Shown here in pieces: positions 60,190-64,000 of a DNA stretch of 64,000 nucleotides. The stretch is from contig JAZDFD010000024.1 in assembly GCA_043808155.1 (NCBI GenBank), positions 10,017 to 74,016 of the forward strand. The letters are read 5' to 3'. Each line of letters begins with the position of its first letter. Positions within the stretch are counted from its first letter, which is position 1. This DNA comes from Candidatus Iainarchaeum sp. (lineage in GTDB: Archaea; Iainarchaeota; Iainarchaeia; Iainarchaeales; JAZDFD01). The notes under the pieces were generated by a model, which did not search any database, had not been told where the DNA came from, and worked only from the letters and a program-made list of their open reading frames with translations. The translations under genes were made by a program, and so were the position numbers.

Positions 60190-60363
60190 TTAGCAGGGTT
60201 TTGCCATTGCCCTAGTTTTATTGTTTAATCTTTCAAGAGTGTAGTAATATGCCTGCATAACTGCATCCAGGTCAAGTGATCTTTTTACTCCGAGTCTTGC
60301 AATTTCATCAAAATAAAGTTTTACAAGTCTGTATGCCATTTCTTCGTTTGTTATTTTAACCAT
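60190..60363 (-). CDS. 57-aa protein paralogous to the C-terminus of the upstream H1-like protein (not in ORF track)
   Basis: MVKITNEEMAYRLVKLYFDEIARLGVKRSLDLDAVMQAYYYTLERLNNKTRAMAKPC*; SD GGAGTGA; aligns with DEEIAYRMVKLYFTDLAR..KRALTLDEVINAYLYAL. Confidence 0.8.
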   Translation of the reverse strand: MVKITNEEMAYRLVKLYFDEIARLGVKRSLDLDAVMQAYYYTLERLNNKTRAMAKPC

Positions 60364-60367
60364 CAAA

Positions 60368-61648
60368 TCACTCCTTTACCATCTTGTTCATTTTTGTTAT
60401 GTCCCATTTTTTCTCTCTGGCAAGAGCATAGAGATATGCGTTTATTACTTCATCCAGTGTTAGTGCTCTTTTATGTCTGTGTCTTGCAAGATCTGTGAAA
60501 TAAAGCTTAACCATTCTGTAAGCGATTTCTTCATCTGGCAATTCATAATCCATAGTGCTTACTGCAATTGAAGGAATTCTTGCACTGCGGATTTCATTTC
60601 TCAAAACCTGCATTTGCTGTTGATTTGATGCATTATATTCAGTAATCAATTCTCTGAAAAGATCATTTATATTACTCTGCACAGGTACTTCTTTTACAAT
60701 TGTTCTTGTTAATGTCCTTGGTTGCAGTATTGTTCTTTTCGTTATGAGTTTCTTTATAATTTTGGTTAGAGTTTTTTTCTTTGGTTTTGATTTTTTCTTA
60801 ACAATTTTCTTTTTGGCTGTGGGTTTAACTTTCTTTTTGGCTTTTACAACCTTTTTAGGTTTTGCTTTTGATTTAACTCTTTTAATTACTGTTTTTGTTA
60901 TGGTTTTGGTGATTGTTTTTGTTTTGCCTTTTTTGCCCAGTGTGCCTGCTTTTGCCAATGCCCATAGTTTTACTGATTCTTCAAATGTCTTTCCCAGTCT
61001 CATTTGAGAGCCAATAAACTGATTGTATGCCGAAGGTCGTCTTTTGTTCTTTGATTTCAAAGCATTGTATTTATGCCATTCTTTTACAGCCTGTAAAAAG
61101 GTTAGGCCTGATTTTATCTGTTTTCTTATAAAAAGATTATATTCTGAAACATAACGTGAATTTTTCTTTTTCTTTTTTAAGGCTTCGAGGTCTTTTTTTA
61201 GGTCTTTTATTTCGGAATCCTGCTGAATATTTTTTTTGCTTGCTTTGGCGAGTTTGTTAGATACTGATGAAATCTGTTTCTGAACTTTTTTTGAAGCTTT
61301 TGCAGTTTTTGCTTTCTTTTGTACTACTTTCTTTTTTGCAGCTTTCTTTTTTGCTATTTTCTTTTTCACTGCTTTTTGCGTAATAGATTTTTTCTTTACT
61401 ACTTTCTTTTTTGCAGCTTTCATCTTAACTGCTTTTTTCTTAACTTTTGATTTGACAGATTTTCTTTTTGCTGTCTTTTTTGCTTTTGAAGTTTTTGTTT
61501 TCTTTTTAGCAGTTGTTTTTCTTGCTTTAACTTTTGATTTTTTTGCAGAAGTAGTTTTTTCGTTTTTTCCTAATTCTCTTACAACAATTCCCTTGCGTAA
61601 TTTGTTTACAGGGACTTCAATATTAATTTGTTTTGTTTCTTCAGCCAT
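60368..61648 (-). CDS. Lys/Ala-rich histone-H1-like protein with two HMG/YABBY-like motifs
   Basis: KKKAVK/KKKAAK low-complexity arms; SEYNLFIRKQI..GLTFLQAVKEW and PSAYNQFIGSQM..GKTFEESVKLW; SD AGGTGA. Confidence 0.7.
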   Translation of the reverse strand: MAEETKQINIEVPVNKLRKGIVVRELGKNEKTTSAKKSKVKARKTTAKKKTKTSKAKKTAKRKSVKSKVKKKAVKMKAAKKKVVKKKSITQKAVKKKIAKKKAAKKKVVQKKAKTAKASKKVQKQISSVSNKLAKASKKNIQQDSEIKDLKKDLEALKKKKKNSRYVSEYNLFIRKQIKSGLTFLQAVKEWHKYNALKSKNKRRPSAYNQFIGSQMRLGKTFEESVKLWALAKAGTLGKKGKTKTITKTITKTVIKRVKSKAKPKKVVKAKKKVKPTAKKKIVKKKSKPKKKTLTKIIKKLITKRTILQPRTLTRTIVKEVPVQSNINDLFRELITEYNASNQQQMQVLRNEIRSARIPSIAVSTMDYELPDEEIAYRMVKLYFTDLARHRHKRALTLDEVINAYLYALAREKKWDITKMNKMVKE

Positions 61649-61720
61649 CAATTCACCTTTTCACGTTATAATTGATTAATGATATATAATTTCCCTTCCT
61701 TTTGTTTTTATTTGTTTCGT

Positions 61721-62856
61721 TCAGGAAATCAGCTCGGAAACCGCCTGTTTTGAGACTTTTAGAGAAATAGCTCTTGTTTTGCCTCTCATGCCGGATTCTA
61801 TTAATGGCGCACTGATAAGATTGAGAGATTCTAATTTTGAAATTAAATCTCTGAAACTTCTCTGGGTTAGTGGGTCTTTTGCTTTGGAAGAATACTGTTC
61901 ATATAAGTCTCCCGAGTTTATATCGCCTTCTTTTTCAGAGAGAATTTTGAGAATTATTTTTTCATTTTCGGAAAGGTTTGGAAGGATTTTTTTTATTGGT
62001 GTGGAATCAACATACTTGAATGAGTTTCTTACATGTTCTGCAGTTACTTTCCCTGCGTTTTCTTTTTCTGCATCTCGTCCTGCTTTGAAAAGACATTCAA
62101 TTGCAATTCTCGCATCTCCACCTAATTTTGCAGCATGTGCAGCTGCTAAGTTTATTGCATCTGGATCTAACACGTTTCCGAGAAAGGCGTATTTTGCTCT
62201 TTCGTGTAAAATATCTTTCAATTGTGTTGGGTGTACTTTGGAAATTCGATTGAATCTTCAGTTAATGAACTTTGTACACGCGCATCTAATTTGGATGTGA
62301 ACTCATTATCATTTGAAATAAAAATTAACCCTATTCTTGACTGCTGGTGTTCTATCACTCTTAAAAGATCATAAAATAATTTTGAAGTTCCTTCTGCATC
62401 TGAATGTTCCAATAACTGGTCAACTTCATCTAACACAATTAATGGTATGAAATCTGCATTTCTTAACGCGCCTAAAAATCTTGTGTATACTTCATCAGTT
62501 GCTATTCCTCTTCGCGGAGTTGCGTAACCTAAAAAATTGGTGATTCTTGAGAGTACTGCGTGTCGTGTGTTGAATTCAAAACAATTTATGTAAATGCCTT
62601 TTCCTCTGTCAGAGAAATTTTCTAATTCATTCAGAACGTATTTTACTGTTGCAGTTTTTCCAACACCAGTTCCGCCATAAACAAAAACATTTCTTGGTCT
62701 TTTTCCTTTTAGTACTGGAGTGAATGCATAAACCAGTGAATCTATTTCCGCATCTCTGTGGGGCAATCTTTCAGGTAAGTGATCAGGATATAAGTAGCGT
62801 TCGTCTTTGAAAACGTCCCTGATTGTCTTTGGTTTTGAAAATATGTTTTTTTCCAT
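61721..62856 (-). pseudogene. cdc6: Cdc6/Orc1 initiator, interrupted by a single frameshift
   Basis: LPHRDAEI, Walker A GGTGVGKT, VLDEVD, FPKY in 62218..62856; LKDILHERA, GDARIAI and wHTH GRTR-like in 61721..62221; one extra C at 62229-62231 restores FPKYTPTQLKDIL. Confidence 0.85.
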
Positions 62857-62907
62857 GCTAACTAAATAATAGAAATACGAAAACTAATTAAGAATGTGTA
62901 TTGAAAA

Positions 62908-63942
62908 TTAAGCAGTTCCAAGGTCATCCATTGCAATGCCGCAATCTTCAGGACATGATGTTTCATCTTCTGCACCATTACAGAGATCATCTCCGCATAT
63001 GGATTCGCATTCACCGCAGTCTTCTGCACATGTTGAGCAGGTTTCGTCTCCATTGCATTCTGCATCTCCACAAACTTCTGCAGGTGGATTATCCTCTTCA
63101 GTTCCATTGTCGTTTCCAGCATCACCGGGATCTGGACTTATAATATTCACAGTATTTCCCTGAGTGTCTGTTTTTGGATCCGGATTTAAACAATCATCAT
63201 CACTATCACAATAACAAATATCTATGCATTCACCACGATTTTCACAATCATTTACACAATCATATTCGTTTGTAACACCATCACATGTTACAGCCATTCT
63301 TTGCGTACCAATGCATTCATAACAGCATGGGGGCATACTTTCGGGAATTTCAGGATGATAACAAATATCGGCTATGCATCCCAACTCACAGAAAACTGTT
63401 TCTTTTCCATTTGAAAAATGCCAGTAATCAGTGCAGTGCCACGCACCCGCGGTTCCTTTTCCAACTCCGCCTGGGAAGTTGTCAGGCTTTCCGCAATCAG
63501 GATCTGTTCCGCACCAGCACATTGTTGTGCCATCAGCCATTACTTCACAGCCTGCCTGGCAATAATAATAGTGTGTTTCTCCATTTTCAGAAATTGCAAT
63601 CCAATTTTCGTTAACACATTCATAAGTTCTTTGGGTTCCGAAGGGCGGAATTAAAGGATCAATGCATCTGTCGCGTCCATCAACTGTTGCACATTTTCCA
63701 ACACATTCAATTGTTGTGACTCCGTTTGTAAGATGTACATTGTCTGAACACCACCAATAATTTGAACCTTGAATTGGATTTGTAGAACCAAAACCCCATG
63801 AAGATTTTTCAACTGGTGGTTCTACTGGGGGAATTACAGGTGGTTCTATTGGTGGTTCCACTGGTGGAGTTACAGGTGGTTCTACGCAACCACTTAGGAT
63901 AAGTGCAAAAATAAGAAACGAAACTAAGATTATTTTTTTCAT
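62908..63942 (-). CDS. Cys-rich surface lipoprotein-like protein
   Basis: MKK-hydrophobic-LSGC lipobox, PPVE repeats, many Cys, two CGDxxCNxxETxxxCxEDCG repeats. Confidence 0.75.
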   Translation of the reverse strand: MKKIILVSFLIFALILSGCVEPPVTPPVEPPIEPPVIPPVEPPVEKSSWGFGSTNPIQGSNYWWCSDNVHLTNGVTTIECVGKCATVDGRDRCIDPLIPPFGTQRTYECVNENWIAISENGETHYYYCQAGCEVMADGTTMCWCGTDPDCGKPDNFPGGVGKGTAGAWHCTDYWHFSNGKETVFCELGCIADICYHPEIPESMPPCCYECIGTQRMAVTCDGVTNEYDCVNDCENRGECIDICYCDSDDDCLNPDPKTDTQGNTVNIISPDPGDAGNDNGTEEDNPPAEVCGDAECNGDETCSTCAEDCGECESICGDDLCNGAEDETSCPEDCGIAMDDLGTA

Positions 63943-64000
63943 AGATATACACTATTATGTAATTGTATAAAAAGGTTAGGTTTTCATAAGTGAACTTATT

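Noticed and set aside
60088-62907. Replication origin near cdc6
   Set aside because: Intergenic gaps are only about 50-100 nt and no repeated ORB with G-string is visible.
370-63654. Numerous 60-200 aa antisense or alternate-frame ORFs in the track (e.g. 4897..5334, 43412..43840, 51307..51903, 61779..62300, 62862..63125)
   Set aside because: They overlap well-supported genes and have no motifs; they are shadow ORFs.
1-64000. CRISPR array, cas genes, IS/transposase, integrase, rRNA
   Set aside because: No regularly spaced repeats or recognisable motifs were seen; the clear long-unit tandem repeats are coding.

Overview
AT-rich archaeal chromosomal window, mostly housekeeping genes: aIF2alpha/beta, aIF1A, Rio1, Pno1/Dim2, Topo VI, POR plus ADP-forming acetate-CoA ligase, Mre11, aRF1, TruD, S-layer, PriS/PriL, GINS, two PCNAs, RpoL, Csl4, Nob1, PheST, RFC-L, YchF, Cdc6 and tRNA-Cys. 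Gene content and orphan ORFs suggest a DPANN archaeon (Iainarchaeota/Diapherotrites-like; this is inference). The standout feature is a fractured membrane Lon protease gene at 42930-47464 on the minus strand. LonB is encoded in two separate genes, one ending in a 134-aa N-intein and the other starting with a 39-aa C-intein, so it is an apparent naturally split, trans-splicing intein at the DPLQ/SGGLG site. Between the halves lie a free-standing HTH-LAGLIDADG endonuclease, a Zn-dependent phospholipase C/P1-fold gene and a micro-ORF; the endonuclease, the PLC-fold gene and the C-terminal Lon gene each have a TATA-like box upstream. Other notable items: a Ser-start LAGLIDADG intein in Top6A, tandem divergent PCNAs, a histone-H1-like protein with two HMG/YABBY-like motifs followed by an unlisted 57-aa paralogue of its C-terminus, a frameshifted cdc6, a PP-loop-degenerate ThiI and several structured intergenic elements. 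All calls come from reading motifs by eye; no searches were run.
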